From: Candidatus Fimenecus sp. | Lineage (GTDB): Bacteria; Bacillota; Clostridia; Oscillospirales; Acutalibacteraceae | Assembly: GCA_052169395.1 (NCBI GenBank) | Contig: JBQNCN010000003.1 | Location: 242,279-306,278, forward strand | Direction of reading: 5' to 3' | Length of the DNA stretch: 64,000 bases | Shown here: one piece after another, positions 18,129 to 27,781 of the stretch | Position numbering within the stretch: position 1 is the first letter of the stretch | How the letters are laid out: each line of letters begins with the position of its first letter | Notes under the pieces: model-generated | What the model saw: only the letters and a program-made list of their open reading frames with translations | Told to the model about the DNA's origin: nothing | The model's database searches: none | Translations under genes and position numbers: made by a program

Positions 18129-19403
18129 TTATCTTTTAATTATTGCTTCTCTTTCCGGACCGTTTGAAACCATATTGATTTCATGTCCAAGTTCTTTTTC
18201 AATAAAACTTACATAATCCTTTGCTTCTTGCGGAAGCTTGTCAAAATCCTTAACACCTCTTATATCGCACTTCCAACCTTTAAGTGTTTCAAAGACGGGC
18301 TTTGCCTTTTTAAGAAGTGATGTAGGAGGAAAATCCTTTGTAATTTCCCCATTAATTTCATAAGCTGTACAAACTTTAATTTCATCAAGATATGAAAGAC
18401 AATCAAGCGCAGTCATAACAACCGTAGTTGCTCCCTGGCATTCAATTCCATATCTTGAAGCAACCGTATCATACCATCCGACTCTTCTTGGTCTGCCGGT
18501 AGTAGCTCCAAATTCTCCCTTATCTCCACCATGAATTCTAAGTTCCTGCGCCTGAGCCTCATCGATAATTTCAGAAGTGAATTCACCTGCTCCTACCGCA
18601 GAGCTATATGCCTTTGTCACTGTTACAATATCTTTTATTTCATAAGGCGGCACACCTGCACCAACCGAACCATAACCTGCAAGAGTTGAAGATGAAGTAA
18701 CCATCGGATAAATACCGAAATCAGGATCCTTCATGGTACCAAGTTGTCCTTCAAGAAGAATATTTTTTCCATCCTTTAAAGCCTGCATAATGAGCTTGTG
18801 AGTATCACATATATATGGTTCAATCGCTTTCCTATATTCCATACAAGTTTCAAAAAGCTCGTCTACTGATAAAAGCGGCTTATGGTAAACATATTCAAGC
18901 AAATTATTCTTTTGAGAACAGATATTATTCAGTTTAACCTTTAAATCATTCTCATTAAAAAGTTCATTAAGCTGGATTCCTATCTTTGCAAATTTATCAC
19001 TGAAAAATGGCGCAATCCCCGATTTAGTAGATCCGAAAGCATTTTTGCCAAGACGTTCCTCTTCATAAGTATCAAGTAAAATATGATATGGCATTAAAAG
19101 CTGTACTCTATCAGAAACCTTTAATTTAGGCTCAACTCCCGCAGCTTTAAGCTCATTCAATTCTTTAATAAATTTATTAACATCAAAAGCAACACCATTG
19201 CCAATTACATTAAGCACATTATCATAGCAAACACCTGAAGGCATAAGATGAAGTGCAAAACGCCCTTTATCATTTATTATTGTATGTCCCGCATTTGCAC
19301 CGCCTTGAAATCTCATTACAATATCTGCGTGTTCGGCAAACATATCGGTAATTTTACCTTTTCCTTCATCGCCCCAGTTTGCTCCAACAATAGCTGTTAC
19401 CAT
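18129..19403 (-). CDS. purA: Adenylosuccinate synthetase
   Basis: GANWGDEGKGK P-loop, GGANAGHT, TTGRPRRVGW. 424 aa. RBS is GGAGG. Confidence 0.95.
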   Translation of the reverse strand: MVTAIVGANWGDEGKGKITDMFAEHADIVMRFQGGANAGHTIINDKGRFALHLMPSGVCYDNVLNVIGNGVAFDVNKFIKELNELKAAGVEPKLKVSDRVQLLMPYHILLDTYEEERLGKNAFGSTKSGIAPFFSDKFAKIGIQLNELFNENDLKVKLNNICSQKNNLLEYVYHKPLLSVDELFETCMEYRKAIEPYICDTHKLIMQALKDGKNILLEGQLGTMKDPDFGIYPMVTSSSTLAGYGSVGAGVPPYEIKDIVTVTKAYSSAVGAGEFTSEIIDEAQAQELRIHGGDKGEFGATTGRPRRVGWYDTVASRYGIECQGATTVVMTALDCLSYLDEIKVCTAYEINGEITKDFPPTSLLKKAKPVFETLKGWKCDIRGVKDFDKLPQEAKDYVSFIEKELGHEINMVSNGPEREAIIKR

Positions 19404-19464
19404 TATTTCCTCCAGTTAAAAAGCTGTTTTCTCCACAGCTTTTCTCACTCATTTTAATAAAAAA

Positions 19465-19493
19465 ATTATATATTAGATACCCCATAAAGTCAA
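19465..19493 (-). promoter_or_regulatory. Promoter of purA
   Basis: Minus strand TTGACT (19493..19488), a 17-nt spacer, then TATAAT (19470..19465). Confidence 0.6.
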
Positions 19494-19630
19494 TTATCGG
19501 TGTATAATGCTCCGCCTTAAATAAGATACGGAAAATATAAGTTAGCAGTAGATAACTAAAATCAAGTATGTTATTATATAAATGATAAATTCTTTAAAAT
19601 TTATCAAAATATTTAATTTTGGAGATGACA

Positions 19631-20110
19631 ATGCTTTACATTATTCAGCTTATTATATATTGTGCTACATTCTCACTTATATGTGTAGCGGCAAGAGCCA
19701 ACAAGCCAATAAACATTCTATATTTTTATCCAAAAGATATGCAAGAGAAAGCGTTTGAATTAGGGTTAACAAACAAAAAATCCATGAAAATTAAAATGAG
19801 CATAATGCTTTCCATACTATTCTTGGTAATGATTGCCGAATTATTTATAATAATTAAATTTTGGAATAATGTAAGTAGATTTAAGCCGGCATTTTATCAG
19901 GCGATGTTTTTTCTGCAATTATGGAATATTTATGACGGCATTGTAATGGATAAGCTGTGGCCGGAAAAAAGTGATTTCTGGATTATTCCCGAATTAAAAG
20001 ACATATATATAGTACCAAGCTGGTCGGCAATTATAAAAAAGCGTTTAATTTTTATTCCATTTTTATTTTTATTTGCACTGATTATGGCAAAGCTTGTTAT
20101 TTTATTATAG
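19631..20110 (+). CDS. Integral membrane protein, unknown function
   Basis: GGAG at 19621-19624 lies 6 nt before the ATG at 19631, which I prefer over the TTG at 19619. The product has four hydrophobic segments. Confidence 0.55.
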   Translation: MLYIIQLIIYCATFSLICVAARANKPINILYFYPKDMQEKAFELGLTNKKSMKIKMSIMLSILFLVMIAELFIIIKFWNNVSRFKPAFYQAMFFLQLWNIYDGIVMDKLWPEKSDFWIIPELKDIYIVPSWSAIIKKRLIFIPFLFLFALIMAKLVILL

Positions 20111-20117
20111 AAAATAC

Positions 20118-20149
20118 AAAAGAGTCAATCTGAAAGATTGACTCTTTTA
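20118..20149 (+). terminator. Intrinsic terminator
   Basis: AGAGTCAATC-tgaaa-GATTGACTCT followed by TTT. Confidence 0.75.
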
Positions 20150-20236
20150 CTGCAAAATAATTAAATCATATTTTTACATCAACTGTTAAACTTGTATCAA
20201 TTATTATATTGTGATAAAATTATTTTGGTGGTGTAT

Positions 20237-21676
20237 ATGAACGCTGAAATCAAAACTACAATCGAAAATTTCTTTGGCGATGGATATGAATTCAGTATTT
20301 CGGAAGCTATGCTGAAATCAAAAACTGCAAACAGAATTGCCGTATATGATTTATTTTTCAGAAAAATAAATGAAAATGGCGGATTCGCAATTTTTGCAGG
20401 ACTTGAAACAATATCAAAAACTCTTGAATCTCTTGAATTCTCTGATGAGCTGCTTGAAATACTTAAAAATCAAGGTGTAGGACAAGAACTCTTGGAATAT
20501 CTTAAAAACTTTAAATTTTCTTGTGATTTGTGGGCTGTTCCGGAAGGAACACCAATTTTTCCGAACGAGCCTATATTAAAGGTGCGCGGTCCTGCAATAC
20601 AGTGCCAACTGCTTGAAAACCTATTGCTTTACTCAATAAATCACGAAAGTGCTGTTGCCACAAAGGCTGCACGAATGGTACGTGCAGCAGCTGGGATTCC
20701 TCTATTTGAACATTCCTCACGAAGAGCGCCTTCAATAGAGATTTCTAAAAGAACAGCTCGCAGCGCATACATATCAGGATTTGCCGGAACTTCCAATATT
20801 CTTGCAGCAGACGAATATAATATTCCTCTCCACCTTACCATGACACATTCATTTGTTCAAATGTTCGAAAATGAGTACGATGCATTTTGTGCTTTTGCAA
20901 AAGCGAATCCGGATAAATGTAATCTTATCATAGATACTTATGATACGCTGAATTCAGGAATTATAAACGCAATAAGAGTTTTTGATAATATTTTAAAACC
21001 GCTTGGTCAAAGGCCTAAAAGTGTAAGAATAGATTCTGGTGATTTGGCATATTTAAGTAAAAAAATAAGGAAAACACTTAACCTTGCAGGCTATCCCGAT
21101 TGCGATATTATTGTAAGTAATTCTCTTGATGAAAGACTTATTTCAGAAATGACAGCACAACAATCAAAAGCAGATGGCTATATAATAGGAGAAAAGGCTC
21201 TCGGAACCGGATTTTTCGGTGCAATTTACAAATTGTCGGCAATTGAACAACACAATGTTCTTGTTCCTAAAATAAACCTTTCGGAAAATATTCATAAAAT
21301 AACCATCCCTGCCGACAAAAAGTTTTTTAGACTTTATTCAACGGAAAACGGAAAAGCAATAGCCGATGTGCTTACACTTTCAAATGAAAATATTGACACT
21401 TCAAAACCTTACACACTTTTTGATCCTGATTTCACTTGGAAAAAACGTGATACAGAGAACTTTATAACAAGGGAACTTCTAACAAAAATTTATGAAAACG
21501 GACAATTAAAATACACATTTCCAACACTTGAGCAAATAAAAAAATATGCATCTACACAATCTCTTACACTTTGGGATGAAGTAAAGAGATTTGACAACCC
21601 GCATAAATATTATGTGGATATGAGCGTTAAGCTTTGGAAAATAAGAACAGAACTTATCGAAAAATATAAAAACTAA
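20237..21676 (+). CDS. pncB: Nicotinate phosphoribosyltransferase
   Basis: Overall PncB-like sequence with a length of about 480 aa (HSFVQMF..., DTYDT, RIDSGDL). The ATG at 20237 follows GGTGG, so the TTG at 20192 in the track is probably too far upstream. Confidence 0.85.
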   Translation: MNAEIKTTIENFFGDGYEFSISEAMLKSKTANRIAVYDLFFRKINENGGFAIFAGLETISKTLESLEFSDELLEILKNQGVGQELLEYLKNFKFSCDLWAVPEGTPIFPNEPILKVRGPAIQCQLLENLLLYSINHESAVATKAARMVRAAAGIPLFEHSSRRAPSIEISKRTARSAYISGFAGTSNILAADEYNIPLHLTMTHSFVQMFENEYDAFCAFAKANPDKCNLIIDTYDTLNSGIINAIRVFDNILKPLGQRPKSVRIDSGDLAYLSKKIRKTLNLAGYPDCDIIVSNSLDERLISEMTAQQSKADGYIIGEKALGTGFFGAIYKLSAIEQHNVLVPKINLSENIHKITIPADKKFFRLYSTENGKAIADVLTLSNENIDTSKPYTLFDPDFTWKKRDTENFITRELLTKIYENGQLKYTFPTLEQIKKYASTQSLTLWDEVKRFDNPHKYYVDMSVKLWKIRTELIEKYKN

Positions 21677-21685
21677 GAGGTAACT

Positions 21686-22210
21686 ATGAATATCTGGCAT
21701 GACATTGATGATAAAAGAATAAAAAAAGAAAGCTTTGAAGCTGTAATAGAGATAAGCAAAGGTTCAAAGATGAAATATGAGCTTGATAAAGAAACCGGAT
21801 TTTTAAGACTTGATCGCGTACTTTACACATCAACCCACTATCCCGCAAACTATGGATTTATTCCACGTACCCTGGGAGAAGACCATGACCCACTTGATGT
21901 TCTGGTTCTTTGTTCTGAAGAGATAGTGCCTATGACGCTTGTTAAATGCTATCCCATAGGTGTAATATCAATGCTTGACAGCGGCGAAAGTGATGACAAA
22001 ATAATAGGAATCCCTTTTGATGACCCAATGTATAATGTGTATAAAGATATTTCTCAACTTCCGCAACATATAAATGACGAAATGCGACATTTCTTTTCAG
22101 TTTATAAAACTCTTGAAGGTAAGGAAACTATAATAAATGATACACAGGGAGTTCTTGCCGCAGTAGATATTATTGACAAAGCAATAAAAAGATATAAGAA
22201 AAACTTTTAA
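21686..22210 (+). CDS. ppa: Inorganic pyrophosphatase, family I
   Basis: EISKGSKMKYELDKETG, YPANYGFIP.T...DHDPLDVLV, DDKIIGIP. 174 aa. Confidence 0.9.
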   Translation: MNIWHDIDDKRIKKESFEAVIEISKGSKMKYELDKETGFLRLDRVLYTSTHYPANYGFIPRTLGEDHDPLDVLVLCSEEIVPMTLVKCYPIGVISMLDSGESDDKIIGIPFDDPMYNVYKDISQLPQHINDEMRHFFSVYKTLEGKETIINDTQGVLAAVDIIDKAIKRYKKNF

Positions 22211-22242
22211 AAAAGAGCTTGCATCTGCAAGTTCTTTTTTTA
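22210..22242. terminator. Bidirectional terminator
   Basis: GAGCTTGCA-tc-TGCAAGTTC flanked by an A-run and a T-run. Confidence 0.7.
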
Positions 22243-22246
22243 TTTT

Positions 22247-22579
22247 TCATAAAACATTATAACTTATTTTTTTATCTTTAAAATAATATTCTCTATCTCT
22301 TTCTGAAATTTGTCTTGCAACCTTACATGGATTTCCATGAACAACAGAATTTTCCGGTATATCTTTTGTTATAACGGAGCCAGCACCTATAACACAATTA
22401 TCTCCTATTTCTGAAAACATAGATTTAAGCAATTCTTCACGTTTTGAAAACTCGGAAGGTTTTGTCGCATTAAAATCATAAAGCATATCTAAACATTTAA
22501 ATTATTCCTCCATAAGCTCTTCATCCATCGGACCATACAATTCTCCACCGTGTATAAGTTTTGAAATTTTCTCATTCAT
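22247..22579 (-). pseudogene. Maltose/galactoside O-acetyltransferase (Maa/LacA-like) pseudogene
   Basis: The ATG at 22579 opens MNEKISKLIHGGELYGPMDEELMEE, then an in-frame TAA (22504..22502), then the same frame continues into the 22486 ORF. The product jumps from the N-terminal Mac region ([13 protein letters not shown]) directly to the C-terminal [25 protein letters not shown], so most of the hexapeptide-repeat core is missing. Confidence 0.7.
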
Positions 22580-22583
22580 AATT

Positions 22584-24392
22584 TTAATTTTTACTTTTAT
22601 CTTTTTTTCTTATCTTATCAGCTTTCTTACGCTTTTTAAGCAGATTCTTTTCTTCAGAAATCTTTTTAGCTTTATATTCATTTACCTTTTCTTTTATCGC
22701 CTCAGTTCCCTCACGGCGTTTTTTTTCAAGTTCCTCAAGTTTTTTATAGGCAACTTTTCCTACAGCTGTCTGTGGAAGCGATTTTATAAATTCTATCTCT
22801 TTGGGAAGTGCATATTTTGAAAGTGTCTTTTTCAGGTTTTCAATCATTTCACTCTTCATAGCCTCTGTTGCTTCAACGCCATCGGAAAGCACCACAAATG
22901 CCTTTACTGCATGCATTTTATATTCATCAGGAATTCCTATAACAGAAGTCTCCGCTACACCCTCAAGCCCGTTTATCGCCTTTTCTATTTCAACTGGATA
23001 AACATTTACACCGGATACTATGATCATTCTTTTCAGTCTTTGCTTAAAAGTTATAAACCCTTCATCGTCCATGGTTCCTAAATCACCTGTTTTAAGCCAT
23101 CTCACCTTATTTTCATCAGTATAAAAGCTTTCTTGTGTTTCTTTTTCATTTCTAAAATATCCCTTCATTACCATAGGACCGGAAATTCTTATTTCTCCTA
23201 AATCTCCGGTTTTTAATTTTTTATCGGTTACAGGATCAAAAATTCCATAAACAGCTCCCGGACAAGGTACTCCTACAGTTCCAAATTTATAATTATTTTC
23301 AGGCATAAGACAAGTGCCTGCTACACATTCTGTAAGCCCATAACCTTCTCTAACAGGCACCTTCACCCTTTTTGTTTTTAAAAATTCATCTATATCTGTT
23401 TTAAGCTTTTGCGGAAGACTGTCACCACCACAAAGAATTAAATCAATAAAACTTAAATCCGACTTTTCAAGGCCTTTTGTATTTATCATAGCCTCAAAAA
23501 GTGTAGGAACTCCTGGGATAACTGTGGGTCTTAACCTTTTAATTATTGAACCATAAGTTTCTTTTGAAAAGCGCGGTATAAGAGCACAAGTTCCTGAAAT
23601 AGACAGAGCCGTATGAATTCCTACCCCAAGCCCGAAACCGTGAAAAATCGGCATTATTGAAAGCATTCTGACATTATCTATATTTATATCCGCTGCACGC
23701 ACAACAGAACAAGCATATGTATTGAGATTTTTATTTGTAAGTTCTATCGCTTTCGGTGTTCCTGTTGTTCCACCTGAAAATAAAATCACTGCTGTATCAT
23801 CAGCCCTTTGCACTGGACAGATCGCTTTACAATTTTTTCCGTTTTTGATAAAATCGCCCCATGTCATAACATCCTCATTATGCTTTGGCAAAACAGGCTT
23901 TATATCCTTTCTTGAAAATTTATATAGAAATTTAAGAGGAATTACAAGTTCCGACGATGCTCCACATACTATAATTTTAATTCTTTTTTTATAACATGAA
24001 ACAGCTGCTGAAACTTTATCAAAAAAGAAATTGAAAGTAAGTACAACATCAGGTTGAACAATATCCAGATAATCTCGTATTTGATTTGATGCTGAAAGCG
24101 GATGTACAATTGAAGAAATTGCACCTATTTTATTGAGTGCATATATAGATACTATTGCCTGTGGCATATTTGGCATAATAATAAGCACTCTTTGTCCTAT
24201 CCTTATTCCTATATTAAAATATGCCTTTACTGTTTTATCTATTCGTTCAAGAAACCTCTTGTAACTCGTTCCTTTACCCTGAAACTCCATAGCATTCCTT
24301 CCGGGCGTATTTTTCCCGGAAAATTCAACAGCTTCATAGATTGAATTGGCATTTTCAACATAATTAAGTATTTTCTTATCTTTTTCAGTCAT
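22584..24392 (-). CDS. AMP-dependent synthetase/ligase (acyl-CoA synthetase family) with a Lys-rich C-terminal tail
   Basis: AMP-binding motif ILFSGGTTGTPKAI, plus GYGLTE and later GDLG..DEDGF-type motifs. The ATG at 24392 follows GGAGAG, and the TTG at 24407 is less likely. Confidence 0.85.
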   Translation of the reverse strand: MTEKDKKILNYVENANSIYEAVEFSGKNTPGRNAMEFQGKGTSYKRFLERIDKTVKAYFNIGIRIGQRVLIIMPNMPQAIVSIYALNKIGAISSIVHPLSASNQIRDYLDIVQPDVVLTFNFFFDKVSAAVSCYKKRIKIIVCGASSELVIPLKFLYKFSRKDIKPVLPKHNEDVMTWGDFIKNGKNCKAICPVQRADDTAVILFSGGTTGTPKAIELTNKNLNTYACSVVRAADINIDNVRMLSIMPIFHGFGLGVGIHTALSISGTCALIPRFSKETYGSIIKRLRPTVIPGVPTLFEAMINTKGLEKSDLSFIDLILCGGDSLPQKLKTDIDEFLKTKRVKVPVREGYGLTECVAGTCLMPENNYKFGTVGVPCPGAVYGIFDPVTDKKLKTGDLGEIRISGPMVMKGYFRNEKETQESFYTDENKVRWLKTGDLGTMDDEGFITFKQRLKRMIIVSGVNVYPVEIEKAINGLEGVAETSVIGIPDEYKMHAVKAFVVLSDGVEATEAMKSEMIENLKKTLSKYALPKEIEFIKSLPQTAVGKVAYKKLEELEKKRREGTEAIKEKVNEYKAKKISEEKNLLKKRKKADKIRKKDKSKN

Positions 24393-24450
24393 AACATCTC
24401 TCCACAAACAAAAAAATTATATCAAAAAAAGATATATTTAACAAATATAA

Positions 24451-24479
24451 AAAATGCATCGTTTAAAACGATGCATTTC
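24451..24479 (-). terminator. Terminator after the zinc-uptake operon
   Basis: Near-perfect palindrome AAATGCATCGTTT-a-AAACGATGCATTT, 7 nt after the stop at 24486. Confidence 0.65.
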
Positions 24480-24485
24480 ATTAAT

Positions 24486-25127
24486 TTAAAATTCTGCAAT
24501 TGCATTTACAAGATGACAATAAAGCTGTTCACCCTCTTTATATACCTTAAATTTCCCCGTTACAGTCAAATCCTGTCCTATTCTCGGAAAATCATAAGGA
24601 TAAGTCTTTGTTTCCCCCTGTAAAATAAATTCTATTCCCTGTTTACAACATGCTTGTGCATCCTGAATAATACATGAAGTATAGGATTTACCTGTAAGAT
24701 CATCTCTGTAAAAATTAAAGTATCCCTTTATTTTCACAATTTTTCCATCATATTTTTCAGGAGTTGTCATCATATTGTTAACTTCAGCATATACAAAATC
24801 TCCCGACAACTTTGTAAGGTCAAGCTCCACTGACGGCAATTTTTTAGTCTTTTTATCCTCCGCCTCAGCATTTTCATAAACTTTAAAACTTCTTGCATTT
24901 ATATCAGTTGTATTATCCTTATTTTTAACACTTGAAAATATTGCTCCCGGATTATTTTTCTGACTTATCGGAGTTTCTCTTTTTGCATTGTTTTTCTTTC
25001 CAAAAAAAGAAAATATTACTGCAAGCATAACTATAAAAACAACAGAAATAAGTAAAATTAAAATCGCCTGTTTTTTATTTAAATGCTTTATATCCATGTT
25101 ACTTGAAACATCTTTATGTTTTTCCAT
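24486..25127 (-). CDS. Membrane-anchored protein of unknown function, fourth gene of the zinc-uptake operon
   Basis: The ATG (25127..25125) shares one base with the znuB-like stop (TAATG). It has one TM helix (AILILLISVVFIVMLAVIFSFF), a low-complexity linker, and a C-terminal domain with SCIIQDAQACCKQGIEF. The longer 263-aa version in the track overlaps the permease gene and is rejected. Confidence 0.6.
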   Translation of the reverse strand: MEKHKDVSSNMDIKHLNKKQAILILLISVVFIVMLAVIFSFFGKKNNAKRETPISQKNNPGAIFSSVKNKDNTTDINARSFKVYENAEAEDKKTKKLPSVELDLTKLSGDFVYAEVNNMMTTPEKYDGKIVKIKGYFNFYRDDLTGKSYTSCIIQDAQACCKQGIEFILQGETKTYPYDFPRIGQDLTVTGKFKVYKEGEQLYCHLVNAIAEF

Positions 25128-25969
25128 TATGCTTTTTCCTTTATAATTCCTATTAAATAAAAGAATATAAAAACAACAATATTTGCTGCAACAATAGTAG
25201 AACCGACAGGCGTACTGAATAAAATTGATGCTATAAGTCCTAAAACCGCACAACATACGGAAATTATAGCTGAACAAATCGTGACTGATTTAAAACTTTT
25301 ATATATTCTCATTGCAGAAAGTGCCGGAAAAATGATAAGAGCGGAAATAAGTAGAGAACCGACAAGTTTCATTGCAAGAACAATAATTACTGCAATAACT
25401 ACAGCAACAACAAAATTATAAAGCGTCGTATTGCTCCCGGTTGCTTTTGCAAAATCTTCATCAAAAGTTATTGCAAAAAGCTTATTATAAAGGAGAATGA
25501 ATAATATAATTACAACCACAGAAAGTATAACAGACAGCCATACCTCTGTTTTAGTAAGTGTTAAAATTAAAGTAGAACCGAAAAGAGAAGTGCATACATC
25601 TCCAGAAAGATTTGAAGAAGAATTAGAAAAAATATTCATGACAAGATATCCAAGTGCAAGCGCTCCTACAGAAACCATTGCGATAGCCGCATCATCTTTC
25701 ACCTTTGCATTTTTACCTCGCCATAAAAGAAGCATGGCTGTAATTATAGTAAACGGCAAAGTAAAAAGCATATCGTTTTTTAATCCTACAACCGCTGCAA
25801 TACACATAGCTCCAAATGCAACATGAGAAAGTCCGTCTCCAATAAAAGAAAAGCGTTTTAAAACAAGAGTAACACCCATCAGAGATGAACATATAGCTAT
25901 TAAAACACCCACAATAAGTGCATATCTTACAAAAGGATATGAAAAATAATCTGTCAAAGTTTCAAGCAT
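25127..25969 (-). CDS. znuB: Metal (zinc/manganese) ABC transporter permease, ABC-3 family
   Basis: The ATG at 25969 follows GGAGGA. The product is polytopic and matches the ZnuB/TroC-like ABC-3 family. Zinc assignment comes from the His-rich binding protein and the Zur-type box. Confidence 0.8.
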   Translation of the reverse strand: MLETLTDYFSYPFVRYALIVGVLIAICSSLMGVTLVLKRFSFIGDGLSHVAFGAMCIAAVVGLKNDMLFTLPFTIITAMLLLWRGKNAKVKDDAAIAMVSVGALALGYLVMNIFSNSSSNLSGDVCTSLFGSTLILTLTKTEVWLSVILSVVVIILFILLYNKLFAITFDEDFAKATGSNTTLYNFVVAVVIAVIIVLAMKLVGSLLISALIIFPALSAMRIYKSFKSVTICSAIISVCCAVLGLIASILFSTPVGSTIVAANIVVFIFFYLIGIIKEKA

Positions 25970-25970
25970 T

Positions 25971-26672
25971 CTAATCCTCCAAAAGCACAAGTCTTTTATA
26001 AAAATCACTTTTCAGATAATCTTTTTTTGTTCCGAAAAAGCATTTTTGTCCAATATGAAGAATATGGCTTGAATATTCTGTTGCTGCGGAAATATCGTGA
26101 GAAATCATAATAATTGTTATTCCGTCTTTTTTATTAAGCTCTGATATAAGCTGGTACATTTCTGCAGTAACCTTGGGATCAAGTCCTGCTACAGGCTCAT
26201 CCAAAAGCAGCATTTTTTTAGTTGCACAAAGAGCTCTTGCAAGAAGAACTCTTTGCTGCTGACCGCCTGAAAGCTCACGATAACAGCGCTTTGCAAAACC
26301 GTCAACTCCCATCTGTCTCATATTTTCCAAGGCAAGCGCCTTGTCTTTTTTTGAATAAAACGGCTTAAAGCCAAGCGAACTCTGAAATCCTGAAAGCACA
26401 ATTTCAAATACGGTTGCGGGAAAATCTTTTTGCACATCCGTCTGTTGAGGAAGGTATCCGATAACACGCTTCGTTAATCCGTCCCCTGTTGTAATACTTC
26501 CATCCACTTGATTTATAAGACCGACTATTGTTTTCATAAGTGTAGTCTTACCACTACCATTTTCTCCGACAACACATAAATAGTCCCCTTTATTTACAGT
26601 GAAATTCAAGTTTTTCACTACTATATTTCCACCATAACCAAGTGTTAAATTAGTCGCTGTAAGCTCTGCCAT
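25971..26672 (-). CDS. znuC: Metal ABC transporter ATP-binding protein
   Basis: Walker A GENGSGKTT, signature LSGGQQQR, Walker B LLLDEP. Confidence 0.85.
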   Translation of the reverse strand: MAELTATNLTLGYGGNIVVKNLNFTVNKGDYLCVVGENGSGKTTLMKTIVGLINQVDGSITTGDGLTKRVIGYLPQQTDVQKDFPATVFEIVLSGFQSSLGFKPFYSKKDKALALENMRQMGVDGFAKRCYRELSGGQQQRVLLARALCATKKMLLLDEPVAGLDPKVTAEMYQLISELNKKDGITIIMISHDISAATEYSSHILHIGQKCFFGTKKDYLKSDFYKRLVLLED

Positions 26673-26685
26673 TCAAATCCTTCTT

Positions 26686-27732
26686 TTACTTTATTGCTTG
26701 CTTTAAAACCTCAAGATTTTCACTCATAACAGACAAATAAGTCTTTCCTTTTTTAATATCTTCAGAGGTTGTTGACTGCATAGAATCCATTGTAAGTATT
26801 TTTTGATCTTTTGTCGAGGTATTTTTTATAATTGTTTCTGCAATTTTATGTTCTTTTCCTTCTATCGTCATAACACTGTGTAAATTCAAACTGTCAATCT
26901 TTTTTGCAAGAAAACTAATCGTTTCAAAACTTGCTTCTGATTCTGCGGAACACCCTACAAACGCCGCAAAATAATCAAGCCCATAATCATCTACCAAATA
27001 TCTGAACGGGAAACGATCTCCAAAAACAAGCGTTTTTACTTTTGCCTCTTTTACAACAGTCTCAAAATTACTATCCAGTTCTGTAAGTTTTGACATATAT
27101 AAATTTGCATTTTCACGATATGACGCAGAATTTGTCTTATCGGCATCTTCCATAGCTTTGCTGATTATATCAACAATCGTTTTTGCATTTTTTATAGAGA
27201 GCCAAACATGCTCATCTTTTTCATCTTCGTGTTTATGTTCATGTTTATGATTATGATTATGTTTATGCCCATGTTCATCATCTTCATGCTCATGTTCATG
27301 GACCTGCATACCCTCTTTCACTTCTTCGTTTTTAACATTCTTGCCTAAGGCATCAAGAAGATTTATAACTTTCATTCTTGGATTTTTCTTTCCCTTAAGT
27401 GCATCCTCTACCCATTTATCAGATTCTCCGCCAACATAAATAAATATATCACAATTTTTGATTGCCGCCAAGTCCTCAACCGTCGGCTTATAACTATGAA
27501 GATCCACACCGTTGTCAAGCAACATTTTAACCTCGGCAGCATCCGTCTTACTTCCTAAAATCTGCTTTACCCAATCATATTCCGGAAAAATTGTCGTAAC
27601 AATCTTCAGTTTTCTATCCGTTCCAATCTTTGCCTTTTCCTTTTTATCCACAATCACCTTTATAGCACCAGCAATTAAAGTCCCTACAAGAACAACTGTT
27701 AGAATGATTGCGATAATCTTTTTACTTTTCAT
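26686..27732 (-). CDS. znuA: Metal ABC transporter substrate-binding protein with a His-rich loop (ZnuA/AdcA-like)
   Basis: Cluster A-I binding-protein layout. Loop HEHEHEDDEHGHKHNHNHKHEHKHEDEKDEH is typical of zinc-specific members. N-terminal signal or anchor present. Confidence 0.85.
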   Translation of the reverse strand: MKSKKIIAIILTVVLVGTLIAGAIKVIVDKKEKAKIGTDRKLKIVTTIFPEYDWVKQILGSKTDAAEVKMLLDNGVDLHSYKPTVEDLAAIKNCDIFIYVGGESDKWVEDALKGKKNPRMKVINLLDALGKNVKNEEVKEGMQVHEHEHEDDEHGHKHNHNHKHEHKHEDEKDEHVWLSIKNAKTIVDIISKAMEDADKTNSASYRENANLYMSKLTELDSNFETVVKEAKVKTLVFGDRFPFRYLVDDYGLDYFAAFVGCSAESEASFETISFLAKKIDSLNLHSVMTIEGKEHKIAETIIKNTSTKDQKILTMDSMQSTTSEDIKKGKTYLSVMSENLEVLKQAIK

Positions 27733-27781
27733 ACAATAACTCCTTTTATATGTTTTTTTAATTATATCATGAAATTAAATA

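Noticed and set aside
19404-19620. Purine or ZTP riboswitch upstream of purA
   Set aside because: I could not find the conserved purine-riboswitch loops (UAUAAU..GGAUAUGG..CCGUAAAU..GACUAU) or the ZTP pfl motif. Only a promoter and a short hairpin are present.
24486-25277. 263-aa version of the fourth zinc-operon ORF
   Set aside because: The extra 50 N-terminal codons overlap the 3' end of the permease gene in another frame and are Cys/Tyr/Phe-rich nonsense. The ATG at 25127 on the permease stop is the sensible start.
27225-27305. Apparent tandem DNA repeat (catg/ttcatg/atgattatg units)
   Set aside because: It is the coding sequence, on the minus strand, of the His-rich loop HEHEHEDDEHGHKHNHNHKHEHKH of the ZnuA-like protein. 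It is not a non-coding repeat.
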